NCBI GenBank assembly: GCA_002632265.1
Contig: NQOV01000005.1
Span: 148,234-212,233, forward strand
DNA: 64,000 nt
Reading direction: 5' to 3'
From: Rhodospirillaceae bacterium MC!
GTDB lineage: Bacteria > Pseudomonadota > Alphaproteobacteria > MC1
Positions 1 to 10,306 of the stretch are shown here, in pieces. Made by a program: the position numbers and the translations under genes. The notes under the pieces are model-generated. The model was not told the DNA's origin, searched no databases, and saw nothing but the letters and a program-made list of their open reading frames with translations. Each line of letters begins with the position of its first letter. The first letter of the stretch is position 1.

Positions 1-415
1 ACGCACCCGCCTTATCCCTGACGGCTTCCTAGATAGCCGAACACTCACTCGAATCATGCGTTACAAAACCCCAAAACATCCACGTACACGTAGCAGAACA
101 CACACACGTACACGTACACGCTCCCCCATCCGCAAAGCCCACCACACCACCCACAAAACTCCCACCCACAAGAAAACCGCTTAAACATGGCAGATCATAA
201 ATACAAGGGAAAAAAATACTATCTTAAGTTAGTACATGCAGGCTACAAAAAAAAGGGCTATCATGCCCTATCAGTCCTATACACAACCTTTAACCCCAAC
301 CCAACCTTAGCAAAAAAATACGAAAAACTAAGCAAATAACAAACAATCATACACACTTAAGGGGTTTCATGTAATACAACATAAAACCCCTTAAACACAC
401 ATCAGATATGAAAAT

Positions 416-940
416 AGCCCTAAGCCCCAATTAAAGACACTAAAATAACTGCCTATCCACCCCAAACCCCTAGAAGTAAGAAAAAGTACTTGAGTGCGTC
501 TCCTTAATTGGAGCGACGTGTAACTACACGCCTATCATAATCCAATTAAAGACACTAAAATAACTGCCTATCCACCCCCAAACCCCTAGGGGTGAGAAAA
601 AGTACTTGAGTGCGTGTTCTTAATTGGGGCGACGTGTAACTACACGCCTATCATAATCCAATTAAAGACACTAAAATAAGTGCCTATTCGTCCCCAAACC
701 CCTAGGGGTGGGAAAAGTACTTGAGTGCGTGTCCTTAATTGGGGCAACGTGTAACTACACGCTTATCGTAACCCAATTAAGGACACTGAATGAGTGCTTT
801 TTCACGCCACCCCCAAACCCCTAGGGGTGGGAAAAAGTACTTGAGTGCGTGTTCTTAATTGGGGCGACGTGCACTACACGCTTACATAAGCCTCAATTAA
901 GGACGCTGAATGAGTGCTTTTTCACGCCCCTAGGCTAGGA
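416..940. repeat. Tandem array of about 4.4 copies of a 118-bp palindromic unit (family A). Each unit has a CCCCTAGGGG palindrome and a TTAATTGG..GCGACGTGTAACTACACGCC..CCAATTAA hairpin. The last two units switch to a GGACRCTGAATGAGTGCTTTTTCACGCC subtype. The array abuts the ftsK stop codon.
   Basis: Direct reading: unit starts near 416, 541, 659, 776 and 894, with under 10 percent divergence between units. Confidence 0.85.
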
Positions 941-3900
941 TACGGCTAGGATGGTGCGTCTGCCTACTCTATCGGCTGGAGAGACTATGCCTTCGCCTTC
1001 CATTTCTTCGATAATGCGGGCGGCTCGGTTGTAGCCGATTTTTAGTTTGCGTTGGACAAAGCTTGTAGAGGCTTTGCCGTCTTGTAGGATGGCTTCTACT
1101 GCTTGATCGTATAGGGGATCTTTTTCGCTGTCTTCAACTGGTTCTACAGGGGTTGAAGTTTCGGGCATTGGTGGTTCTAGTTGAATATAGAATGGTTCTC
1201 CTTGAGATTTTAAGAATTCCACTGTTTTTTCCACTTCGTCATCGGATACGAATGGACCATGTAGACGGATTGGGCGTTTGCTATCTTTGCCTTTATATAG
1301 CATATCGCCACGGCCTAGGAGTTGTTCTGCTCCGTTTTCGTCTAGAATGGTTCTGCTATCGATTCTTGATGTAAGTTGGAAACTCATACGGCTTGGGAAA
1401 TTCGCTTTGATTGTTCCTGTGATAACGTTAACCGATGGACGTTGAGTGGCAAGAATCAAATGGATACCTGCGGCACGGGCCTTTTGTGCTAGGCTTTGAA
1501 TTGGTGGTTCGACTTCTTTGCCTGCGGTAATCATAAGATCGGCTAGCTCATCGATAATAATGGCGATGTATGGTAACTTCTTCAGATCCATTTCTTGCTT
1601 TTCTGTGATGTTCTGCCCTGTTTCTCTGTTGAACCCTGTAATGGTGTTTTTATATAAGGTCTCGCCTTGATCAATGGCTTTTGTGATCTTTTTATTGAAA
1701 CCCTCAATGTTGCGGACTTTAGCGTCTGCCATTAGTCTGTAACGATTATTCATTTCATTCATTGCCCATTGTAAGGCGTTAATGGCTTTATCTGATTCCG
1801 TAACAATTGGGGTTAATAAATGGGGAATATCTTCATAAATGGCGAATTCTAACATTTTCGGATCAACCAGAACCAAGCGTAATTCATCGGGTGTAAATCT
1901 GTAAAGTAACGACATGATAATAGTGTTAATTGCCACTGATTTACCTGATCCTGTAGTCCCTGATACTAATAGATGTGGCATTGACGCCAGATCCGCCACC
2001 TTAGGAGCTCCGCCGATATCTTTCCCTAGAATAAACGGCAATGCTCCTTTGGCGTTGGCGAATGCAGGATCTTCTACTAACTCACGGAAATTTACCATTT
2101 CACGCTCATCATTGGGCATTTCAATACCAATTACGCTTTTACCTGGAATTGGAGCAATGCGGACAGATACCGCACTTAATGAACGAGCGATGTCTTCTGC
2201 TAAATTGACAACTTTGGATGTTTTTGTTCCTGGATAAGGTTCAAACTCAAACAATGTTACAACGGGCCCAGGTTGGACATTCATAACTTCGCCTTTGATC
2301 TTATAATGACGTAAAGCCTCTTCTAAATGCTTGGCACGTTCGGCAAGATCAAGCTCATTATGGACAACGATGTTATCTTCATCAAATAAATCTAGAACAT
2401 CAGATTTAGGTAAAATAAAAGGGCGTTCGTCCGATGTGGTTGTGGTGTAATCAGAGTTGGAATCCGCTTGCATTTGCTCCTTTTCGTACTCATCATCTAA
2501 ACCGTGGATATTTGGCACATCCAACGGATTCGCCATGATGTTATTCTCAAAAGGATTTAATATGTGTTGATTATCTTCCCTTGGTTGAACGATTAGGGAA
2601 TTGTCGTTGGCTTCATTTCTGATGTTATTAACTAACTCTTCTGGGATCTTAGGTGTTTCAAATACTGGCTTGGTAACGGGTGTGATTTCCATTACTTCAG
2701 GCTCTTCAACGGGCATGCTCGACGCTTGTAATTCACGGATTTGTTTTTCTATCTCTTGAGTTTGGGCGTCGCTAAGAGATTTAATATTCATAGCTTCAGT
2801 TTGAACAACTTCTTCATGCTGTGCATTGATTTGCTGTAACTGACTAAAATCTAAGATCTTCGGTTGTGCGTTAACTTGCGATGTTTCTTGCTCTCCCTCT
2901 TCCAATTCCGCTTGCGTTCTCATCGGCGGTAACTCTAATGATTGCGGTTGAATGTAATCTTGAGATACTGGCTCTAACTCTAGCGATTGCGGTTGAATGT
3001 AATCTTGAGATACCTGCTCTAACTCTGACGGTTTCGGTTGGATGTAGTCTTGAGATACTGGCTCTAATTCTGACGGTTGCGGTTGAATGTAATCTTGAGA
3101 TACTGGCTCTAATTCTGACGGTTGCGGTTGAATGTAATCTTGAGATACTGGCTCTAACTCTAGCGATTGCGGTTGAGTATAATCTTGAGATACTGGCTCT
3201 AATTCTAGGGATTGCGGTTGAGTATAATCTTGAGATACTGACTCTAACTCTGACGGTTTCGGTTGAATGTAATCTTGAGATACTGGCTCTAATTCTAGGG
3301 ATTGCGGTTGAATGTAATCTTGAGATACTGGCTCTAATTCTGACGGTTGCGGTTGAATGTAATCTTGAGATACTGGCTCTAACTCTAGCGATTGCGGTTG
3401 AGTATAATCTTGAGATACTGGCTCTAACTCTAGCGATTGCGGTTGAGTGTCATCTTGAGATACTGGCTCTAATTCTAGCGATTGCGGTTGAGTGTAGTCT
3501 TGAGATACTGGCTCTAATTCTAACTCTGACGATTGATCTTGGGCAAGTTGTTGGGCTTGGGTAAGTTCTTGGGTTTGTTTGATTTCGTTTTCGTAGATAG
3601 CTTTTTGGCGTAAAAGTTCTACTTTTTCTTTTTCCAATTTTAACAACTCAAGTTCTTCTTTTAAGCGTTCGATTTCTTCATTTTTTTGATCTACAAGTGG
3701 GCTTGGCATGTCGTTTTCTCCGTCTGCAATGTGGGGGTCTGTATTTAAGGTTTGTGGTTGTTCGCTTGCCATAATATTATTCATATCATCGCTATTAGGA
3801 TCATTACTATGAGTATCATCGCTATGATCTTCTAGGGCTAGCATGTCGTTTGAAGGAGGAATGGATTGTTCTTGATCCATATCTAATACGTTCTTTAATT

Positions 3901-5617
3901 CTTCCATGATAGTTTGTGGCGAAATATCCGTATTGGGATCAACCGTTGTAATATGAGTACTTAAAGCATTTTGTAGCTCTGCGGTAATCTTATCTTGTGG
4001 GAGACCGATGTCATTATCTACGCTGGAAATATTATTCTCTTGTGGGAAGTTAAGATCCGAATCAAATCTAGCTACATCACTATCTAGCGGATCTTCAATC
4101 TCTACTTCTAAAGCCTGCTCTTCCATACTAACATCATCAGCTAACGGCTCATCAAAGCTTAATACTTCGGCTTGTGGTTGTTGTGTATCTAGATTAGGAT
4201 CTAGAATACTAACATCATCAGTTAACGGCTCATCAAAGCTTAATACTTCGGCTTGTGGTTGTTGTGTATCTAGATTAGGATCTAGAATACTAACATCATC
4301 AGTTAACGGCTCATCAAAGCTTAATACTTCGGCTTGTGGTTGTATCATATCTAGATCGGAATCTAGAATGCTAACGCCGATAGCCATGGGATCTTCGAAG
4401 CCTGATATTGTGGTATCTTGCTCCTTATTAAGATCAGTATTAAGATCGTTATCTTGCTGGTTATCTTGAGTTGTTACTTCTTCTTTTACCAAGGAAAATT
4501 TAGGTGTGCTAATATCACTAATGGCAGGCTTAAAGCCTGGGATTTTGTGGCTTTCAACGATTTTTTTGTCATCTATTTGGTGGGTGCGTTTCATTTCCTT
4601 TAAACGTAAGGCTAGACGGTTGATCAGTTCATTAACCAACGGCGTAGATTTAGGATTGCGTATGGGACTAACTTCATTTGAAGTCTCGTCATTTGTGGGA
4701 ATAACCACTTGGACATTGGGATTATCGTAAAAGATTTCCCCTGTGGGAATGTGTTTTGTCTTTTCGATAGTCTTTTCTGCGTCGGTATTTCTTAGTAATC
4801 CGCTTGGTACGTCTTCAACATTAACTTCAGATGTTTTAAGAGCGGAAACCTGATCAACATCAATGGTTTTTTCTAGTTCTTTTCTTTTTTCTGATGATAA
4901 TTTATCTAAAGCCGAAAGAGTGCCAGAGGTAAAACTTGGATCTCCGTTGAACTCCGTAGATGTTGCTTGTAAATTTTCGAATGGAATAGGCATTAGGGAC
5001 TTATGACTCTCTAAATCTGATTGATTGATAATTTTTTGTTTCTGATCGGGATCTAATTTAAATGATTTTTTAAATAGAAGATACGCTAAAAAACTTCCAA
5101 CAATAAATAAAAAAGCTTTGCCTAATATTTCCAAGATTTTAGAGTCGGTTTTATCTAGCCAACTGATGAAAAATGATCCTGCTATGCCACCATAACTCAC
5201 AGGGCTTTTCAAAGATGTAATCGTGGGCAATGTGCCTAAAACAACAGAAAGAGTGATCAATAATCCGAATAAAGAGATAAATTTATTGTATTTGATTAGT
5301 AATGAATTCTTAATCATCACAAATCCCCAAATAAGAGGGAAAATACATAATAAATAAGAACTATAACCAAATAATTGCAACAAAATATCAGATACGTAAG
5401 ATCCAACAAATCCCAACATATTACCATAATGGATGTTATTATCAGAATTCAAAGAGTTAAATGAAGAATCATTTGAATGATAAGTTACCAATGATGCCAA
5501 TATAAGTAAACCCATACCCATAAAAGATATTATGCCTAAGTTCCTTATTTTAGATCTGATACTATTTTTTACACTCGAAGGTAAAAAAGATATGTGTTTC
5601 TTGTTATCCAAACTCAT
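935..5617 (-). CDS. ftsK: DNA translocase FtsK, unusually long at 1560 aa. It has N-terminal transmembrane helices, a giant repetitive acidic/Q-rich linker, a C-terminal RecA-like motor (Walker A GTTGSGKS) and a gamma winged-helix.
   Basis: C-terminal 500 aa carries the canonical FtsK/SpoIIIE motor and gamma domain motifs; N-terminus is hydrophobic. Confidence 0.9.
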   Translation of the reverse strand: MSLDNKKHISFLPSSVKNSIRSKIRNLGIISFMGMGLLILASLVTYHSNDSSFNSLNSDNNIHYGNMLGFVGSYVSDILLQLFGYSSYLLCIFPLIWGFVMIKNSLLIKYNKFISLFGLLITLSVVLGTLPTITSLKSPVSYGGIAGSFFISWLDKTDSKILEILGKAFLFIVGSFLAYLLFKKSFKLDPDQKQKIINQSDLESHKSLMPIPFENLQATSTEFNGDPSFTSGTLSALDKLSSEKRKELEKTIDVDQVSALKTSEVNVEDVPSGLLRNTDAEKTIEKTKHIPTGEIFYDNPNVQVVIPTNDETSNEVSPIRNPKSTPLVNELINRLALRLKEMKRTHQIDDKKIVESHKIPGFKPAISDISTPKFSLVKEEVTTQDNQQDNDLNTDLNKEQDTTISGFEDPMAIGVSILDSDLDMIQPQAEVLSFDEPLTDDVSILDPNLDTQQPQAEVLSFDEPLTDDVSILDPNLDTQQPQAEVLSFDEPLADDVSMEEQALEVEIEDPLDSDVARFDSDLNFPQENNISSVDNDIGLPQDKITAELQNALSTHITTVDPNTDISPQTIMEELKNVLDMDQEQSIPPSNDMLALEDHSDDTHSNDPNSDDMNNIMASEQPQTLNTDPHIADGENDMPSPLVDQKNEEIERLKEELELLKLEKEKVELLRQKAIYENEIKQTQELTQAQQLAQDQSSELELEPVSQDYTQPQSLELEPVSQDDTQPQSLELEPVSQDYTQPQSLELEPVSQDYIQPQPSELEPVSQDYIQPQSLELEPVSQDYIQPKPSELESVSQDYTQPQSLELEPVSQDYTQPQSLELEPVSQDYIQPQPSELEPVSQDYIQPQPSELEPVSQDYIQPKPSELEQVSQDYIQPQSLELEPVSQDYIQPQSLELPPMRTQAELEEGEQETSQVNAQPKILDFSQLQQINAQHEEVVQTEAMNIKSLSDAQTQEIEKQIRELQASSMPVEEPEVMEITPVTKPVFETPKIPEELVNNIRNEANDNSLIVQPREDNQHILNPFENNIMANPLDVPNIHGLDDEYEKEQMQADSNSDYTTTTSDERPFILPKSDVLDLFDEDNIVVHNELDLAERAKHLEEALRHYKIKGEVMNVQPGPVVTLFEFEPYPGTKTSKVVNLAEDIARSLSAVSVRIAPIPGKSVIGIEMPNDEREMVNFRELVEDPAFANAKGALPFILGKDIGGAPKVADLASMPHLLVSGTTGSGKSVAINTIIMSLLYRFTPDELRLVLVDPKMLEFAIYEDIPHLLTPIVTESDKAINALQWAMNEMNNRYRLMADAKVRNIEGFNKKITKAIDQGETLYKNTITGFNRETGQNITEKQEMDLKKLPYIAIIIDELADLMITAGKEVEPPIQSLAQKARAAGIHLILATQRPSVNVITGTIKANFPSRMSFQLTSRIDSRTILDENGAEQLLGRGDMLYKGKDSKRPIRLHGPFVSDDEVEKTVEFLKSQGEPFYIQLEPPMPETSTPVEPVEDSEKDPLYDQAVEAILQDGKASTSFVQRKLKIGYNRAARIIEEMEGEGIVSPADRVGRRTILAVS
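2925..3525. repeat. In-frame 45-bp tandem repeat, 13 copies, inside ftsK. It encodes the 15-aa unit LELEPVSQDY(T/I)QPQS.
   Basis: Visible 45-nt periodicity in DNA and 13 protein repeats in the ORF translation. Confidence 0.9.
4128..4370. repeat. In-frame 81-bp tandem repeat, 3 copies, inside ftsK. It encodes the 27-aa unit AEVLSFDEPLTDDVSILDPNLDTQQPQ.
   Basis: Three near-identical 81-nt blocks beginning taacatcatcagctaacggctcatcaaagc. Confidence 0.9.
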
Positions 5618-5780
5618 CCCAATTTTCCATTGTTACCACATATTATGCCATATGCTTTTCATGTTAAAAGTTTAACAGATACATTATACCAATTTAAATA
5701 TTAAATAAATGTAAATTTCTAAAGTAATATTTTTTAGTAGCTAGAATATTATCTTTAAAATAACATCTACTTTCCCCCTA

Positions 5781-5830
5781 CTATAAGGGGTTGAGCGACG
5801 TGTACAACACGCCTATCATAACCCAACTTA
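5781..5830. repeat. Solo fragment of repeat family A (GGGTTGAGCGACGTGTACAACACGCCTATCATAACCCAACTTAA). It lies between the ftsK start and the hemJ stop.
   Basis: Shares the GCGACGTGTA(A)CTACACGCC palindromic core with the 416-940 array. Confidence 0.7.
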
Positions 5831-5854
5831 AAGAGGTTTTTTCTCATCCCTTAC

Positions 5855-6352
5855 TTAAAAGGGTCTCATCATTACCATTATAACAATTACAATCATTAAA
5901 AGTGTTGGTACTTCGTTTAAATAACGATAATATACATGAGAATGAATATTTTTTCTTTCTCTAAATTTTAATCTTAAATAATTTAAATACTGATCATAGA
6001 TTGTTAATAATACAACCGCCACAAGTTTGATAATAAACCACCACTCTTTTACTTCGGAAAAAATCGATGTATGGTTGGCACTCGCCAATTGGATATTATA
6101 AGAAAGAATAATAAAATGATGCCAAGCTATTAAGATTCCTGTTATCCACGAGGCTAACATTGCGGGAATCATGATCATTTTATATAATTTGCGTTCCATA
6201 ACAATGAACACATCATGAGCATAGGCATAATGTGGCGTAGCATGATACACAAATAATCTTGGCAGATAAAAGATTCCAGCCATCCACGAAATAATCGCCA
6301 ATACATGAAATGTTTTTAAACCAACAAAATGCGTTTGAATGAGATGTAGCAT
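5855..6352 (-). CDS. hemJ: Protoporphyrinogen IX oxidase HemJ-like membrane protein (UPF0093/CopD-like family)
   Basis: 165 aa with 4-5 predicted transmembrane helices and an N-terminal HVLAIISWMAGIFYLPRLFVYHA signature typical of the HemJ family (recalled from memory). Confidence 0.55.
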   Translation of the reverse strand: MLHLIQTHFVGLKTFHVLAIISWMAGIFYLPRLFVYHATPHYAYAHDVFIVMERKLYKMIMIPAMLASWITGILIAWHHFIILSYNIQLASANHTSIFSEVKEWWFIIKLVAVVLLTIYDQYLNYLRLKFRERKNIHSHVYYRYLNEVPTLLMIVIVIMVMMRPF

Positions 6353-6433
6353 ATTGTTTAATGCTCCTAATTAGTGTTAAATTAAATTATCGATAAGTAT
6401 TTTGTCAATGCCTTATGGATATCTGATATAAAA

Positions 6434-7459
6434 TTATTTCTGTGGCATGCCTGTGGTGGAAGAATGCTCAAAGCGTATAACTTCATCCTTTTTAATGCGT
6501 AAAACCGCATTGTGTACCGCTGTTGCAGATTCTGAAAAACCTGTTAGAATAATTTTTAGCTTGCCCTCATAATCACAAACATCGCCCACCGCAAAAACAC
6601 CAGGAATAGACGTTTCATGGGTGGCAGGATTGACACTAATAAGCTTTTCATTGTAGCCAAGTTCCCAATCTAATATTTCGCCAAGATTTTGCGATAAACC
6701 ATAAAATGGTAAGAGAACATCGGCTTCAAGTTCTAGCTCTTCGCCTTTGAGAGTTTTAACAACAACATGGCTTAATTTTCCATTTTCGCCCTTTAATCCC
6801 TCCAATTGATAGGGGATAATTTTTTGCAATTTTCCTTGTTTTTCCAACTCTTCCATTTTATCCACAGAGGCAGGAGTAGCACGGAATTTATTACGACGGT
6901 GGATAATACGTACAGGGCCTTCGCAGTGTCCGTCTTCGGCTAAGGATATGGCCCAATCAACCGCCGAGTCCCCACCCCCTGCGATTACTACAGATTTACC
7001 AACAAAATCATTTTTTGATCTTACAAAATATTGTACTGCCTTACTTTCTTCATATTCTTCCAAGCCGTCAATGGGCGGACGGTTAGGACCAAACGCTCCC
7101 ACACCTGCGGCAACGATAACCGCTTTGGCAATAATTTTTTGTCCCGCCGATGTACTAAGTTCGAAAGTATCTTCATCGATGGTTTTTAAGGCATCGATCT
7201 TCTGTTCCAATAGGATAATCGGGTTAAATGGTTCAATTTGTTTAACTAATCTATTAATCATCTCCCCCGCTAGGATAGAGGGATGTGCGGGAATATCATA
7301 AATTGGTTTTTCGGGATACAATGTGGCACACTGCCCCCCTACTATATCCAACGCATCAACAATGACAAAAGAAAGCTTGTGCATGCCACATTTAAACCCC
7401 GCAAAAAGCCCAGAAGGACCAGCACCAATTATACATACATCCGTTGTAATGGTATTCAT
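6434..7459 (-). CDS. Thioredoxin-reductase-like ferredoxin--NADP+ reductase (YumC type FAD/NAD(P)-binding oxidoreductase)
   Basis: GAGPSG FAD motif, a second GGGDSA NAD(P) motif, 341 aa, and no CxxC redox pair (unlike the TrxB at 49741). Confidence 0.7.
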   Translation of the reverse strand: MNTITTDVCIIGAGPSGLFAGFKCGMHKLSFVIVDALDIVGGQCATLYPEKPIYDIPAHPSILAGEMINRLVKQIEPFNPIILLEQKIDALKTIDEDTFELSTSAGQKIIAKAVIVAAGVGAFGPNRPPIDGLEEYEESKAVQYFVRSKNDFVGKSVVIAGGGDSAVDWAISLAEDGHCEGPVRIIHRRNKFRATPASVDKMEELEKQGKLQKIIPYQLEGLKGENGKLSHVVVKTLKGEELELEADVLLPFYGLSQNLGEILDWELGYNEKLISVNPATHETSIPGVFAVGDVCDYEGKLKIILTGFSESATAVHNAVLRIKKDEVIRFEHSSTTGMPQK

Positions 7460-7639
7460 TTTATTTGGTTATCCCTTTTGTAAACTGTCATATTTAACTA
7501 TATATCTGTTTTTATTAATTATATACTTGTAAATTTATAAAATTCTCTTATAAATTTATAAATATATACTAACCATAATAATAAATTTTAGATAAAAATA
7601 CAAGTGTTTTATTAGAAAAATATTAACTAATGTACATGT

Positions 7640-8215
7640 GCTTATCTGAACCCTGATTTAAGGTCATATACCGCAATCCCTAAGATTGGGAGAAATGGGA
7701 TAAGATGTGCCTTAACTTAGGGCGACATGTACTCATGTTTACCTTAGCCCTAAATTAAGGTGCATATTACCCCATATACCGCAATCCCTAAGATTGAGAG
7801 AAATGGGATAAGATACGCCTTAAATTAGGGCGACATGTACTCATGCTTACCTTAGCCCTGATTTAAGGTACATATTACCCCATATACCGCAATCCCTAAG
7901 ATTGAGAGAAATGGGATAAGATGTGCCTTAAATTAGGGCGACATGTACTCATGCTTACCTTAGCCCTGATTTAAAGTGCATATTACCCCATATACCGCAA
8001 TCCCTAAGATTGGGAGAAATGGGATAAGATGTGCCTTAACTTAGGGCGACGTGTACTCACGTCTACATAACCCCTAAGGTAAGGTGCATATTAGCCCATA
8101 TACCGCAATCCCTAAGATTGGGAGAAATGGGATAAGATGTGCCTTAACTTAGGGCGACGTGTACTCACGTCTACATAAGCCCTAAGGTAAGGTGCATATT
8201 AGCCCATTTATCACA
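7640..8215. repeat. Tandem array of about 5.3 copies of a 108-110-bp unit (family B). The unit is CCGCAATCCCTAAGATTGGGAGAAATGGGATAAGATGTGCCTTAACTTAGGGCGACATGTACTCATG..TTAGCCCTAAATTAAGG. It abuts the lepA stop.
   Basis: Direct reading; the unit contains 13-bp inverted arms CCTTAACTTAGGG/CCCTAAATTAAGG around a GCGACATGTACTCA core related to family A. Confidence 0.85.
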
Positions 8216-8223
8216 ATCTTAGC

Positions 8224-10023
8224 TTAGTCGCCTATTTTTAAGGCGGATATAAATGCTGATTGGGGTATGTCAACTTTACCGAATTGACGCATTTTCTTTT
8301 TACCTTTTTTTTGTTTATCTAGTAATTTTTTCTTGCGGGAGATATCACCACCGTAGCACTTTGCTGTAACGTCTTTTCGCATGGCGGCTATGGTTTCACG
8401 AGCTATGACTTTACCGCCTATTGCTGCTTGAATGGGAATTTTAAATAAATGGCGTGGGATGAGATCTTTCAGTTTTTCGCACACTTGACGTCCTCGGATT
8501 TCTGCTCCGCTTTTGTGTGCCATGAATGCTAAGGCGTCCACTGGTTCGCCGTTAACTAGAATGGAGATTTTAGCCAAGTCGCCTTCTTCGTAGCCGTCTA
8601 GCTCGTAATCGAAACTGGCGTAACCTTTTGATACGGATTTTAAACGATCATAAAAATCGAACACAACTTCATTGAGTGGCAACTTATATACGGCCATGGC
8701 ACGAGATCCTACATAGGTAAGATCCATTTGCTGTCCTCGGCGATCGGTACACAGTTGCAAGACTGATCCTAAATATTCATCTGGAACCATTATAGACGCT
8801 TTGATCCACGGTTCTTTTATACATTCGATTTGTTGGGGATCTGGCATATCGGCGGGATTGTGCATATCTTTTTTACTGCCGTCTCGCATGTGTAATTCGT
8901 ATACTACTGATGGAGCGGTGGTTATGAGATCCAAACCGAATTCACGCTCTAAACGTTCTTGGATGATTTCCAAATGTAATAAGCCTAAAAACCCACAACG
9001 GAAACCAAAACCCAATGCTGCCGAGCTTTCGGCTTCAAATTGGAAACTAGCGTCATTTAAATGTAGTTTAGCTAGGGAATCCCTTAGCTCTTCGTAGTCG
9101 GATGAATCCACAGGAAACAAGCCACACCATACCACAGGAATGGACGGCTTAAAGCCTTGAAGTGGTTCGGATACTGGATTTTTAGCGTCGGTTATAGTAT
9201 CGCCGACAGAAGTATCGGACACCGCTTTAATGGACGCCGTGAAATAGCCGATCTCCCCTGCTTTTAAATCTGGTAATTTTGTGATCTTTGGCGTAAATAC
9301 TCCCACTTGATCAAGCTGATAATCAGCTCCTGCATTCATAAAGCGAATCTTCTGCCCACGTTTCATTGTGCCATCAATAACACGCACTAAGACGATCACA
9401 CCCAAATAAGGATCGTACCAACTATCAACAAGTAAAGCTTTAAGTTGAGCGTCAGGATCGCCCTGTGGTGGTTTAAGATCTGTAACGATCTTTTCAAGAA
9501 CTTGATCGATATTTAAGCCTGTTTTTGCTGATACTAACACCGCATTATCCGTATCAATGCCGATTACATCTTCGATCTGCTCTTTCACACGCTCGGGTTC
9601 GGACGCTGGCAAATCTGCTTTATTTAAGACTGGTACAATTTCATGATCATTCTCTATGGCTTGATAAACATTAGCCAAGGTTTGAGCCTCTACCCCTTGG
9701 GTGGAATCCACAACCAACAACGAACCCTCACAGGCTGCTAAGGATCTGGAAACTTCATAGGCAAAATCCACATGGCCAGGAGTATCCATAAGATTAAGGA
9801 AATACTTTTCGCCGTCTTGTGCGGTATATTCCAAGCGAACAGATTGGGATTTTATGGTAATTCCACGTTCCTTTTCAATATCCATATTATCAAGAACCTG
9901 TTCAGTCATTTCACGATCTTCCAAACCGTCGCACAGTTGGATAATTCTATCGGCTAAAGTCGATTTACCATGATCAATATGTGCAATAATTGAAAAGTTA
10001 CGTATTTTTGAGATATCAGACAT
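8224..10023 (-). CDS. lepA: Elongation factor 4 (LepA)
   Basis: 599 aa; GTPase G1 motif AHIDHGKST; LepA-specific C-terminal domain. Confidence 0.95.
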   Translation of the reverse strand: MSDISKIRNFSIIAHIDHGKSTLADRIIQLCDGLEDREMTEQVLDNMDIEKERGITIKSQSVRLEYTAQDGEKYFLNLMDTPGHVDFAYEVSRSLAACEGSLLVVDSTQGVEAQTLANVYQAIENDHEIVPVLNKADLPASEPERVKEQIEDVIGIDTDNAVLVSAKTGLNIDQVLEKIVTDLKPPQGDPDAQLKALLVDSWYDPYLGVIVLVRVIDGTMKRGQKIRFMNAGADYQLDQVGVFTPKITKLPDLKAGEIGYFTASIKAVSDTSVGDTITDAKNPVSEPLQGFKPSIPVVWCGLFPVDSSDYEELRDSLAKLHLNDASFQFEAESSAALGFGFRCGFLGLLHLEIIQERLEREFGLDLITTAPSVVYELHMRDGSKKDMHNPADMPDPQQIECIKEPWIKASIMVPDEYLGSVLQLCTDRRGQQMDLTYVGSRAMAVYKLPLNEVVFDFYDRLKSVSKGYASFDYELDGYEEGDLAKISILVNGEPVDALAFMAHKSGAEIRGRQVCEKLKDLIPRHLFKIPIQAAIGGKVIARETIAAMRKDVTAKCYGGDISRKKKLLDKQKKGKKKMRQFGKVDIPQSAFISALKIGD

Positions 10024-10044
10024 CTTTTTATGCTCTCCGCATTT

Positions 10045-10200
10045 GGATTACTAGGGGGTAGAAAAGAGTGCTTTTTCACACTTCCACCAAGGGGTGGGAA
10101 AAAGTGCTTGAGTTCAGCGTTCTTAAATTGGGCGACGTGTACTACACGCCTACATAAGCCCAACTTAAGGACGCTGAATGAGTGCTTTTTCACATCCCTT
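10045..10200. repeat. Solo copy of repeat family A. It contains GTGCTTTTTCAC terminal inverted motifs and a GGGCGACGTGTACTACACGCC core. It lies in the lepA / M20-hydrolase divergent intergenic region.
   Basis: Sequence similarity to the units at 416-940. Confidence 0.75.
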
Positions 10201-10306
10201 AATTTTTTTATATACTTATATATGAAAGTATAGTACAATAATTGTATTATAATATCAACATAATTATTTTACTTTTTTTATTATCCCATAAAACAAGGAG
10301 TAAGCT

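Noticed and set aside
1914-4730. Plus-strand ORFs inside ftsK (1914..2237, 2881..3564, 4008..4469, 4418..4603, 4506..4730)
   Set aside because: These are antisense to the high-confidence ftsK frame. Their periodic sequences (LEILALTLAIAVECN...) are simply the reverse-frame reading of the in-frame tandem repeats.
416-8215. Tandem arrays considered as CRISPR loci
   Set aside because: The entire 108-118-bp unit is repeated with under 10 percent divergence. There are no unique spacers between short 28-37-bp repeats, no cas genes and no leader.
9954-10238. ORFs 9954..10238(-) and 10030..10233(+)
   Set aside because: They span the lepA start and the family A repeat element. One overlaps lepA and the other reads through palindromic repeat sequence; there is no ribosome-binding site.
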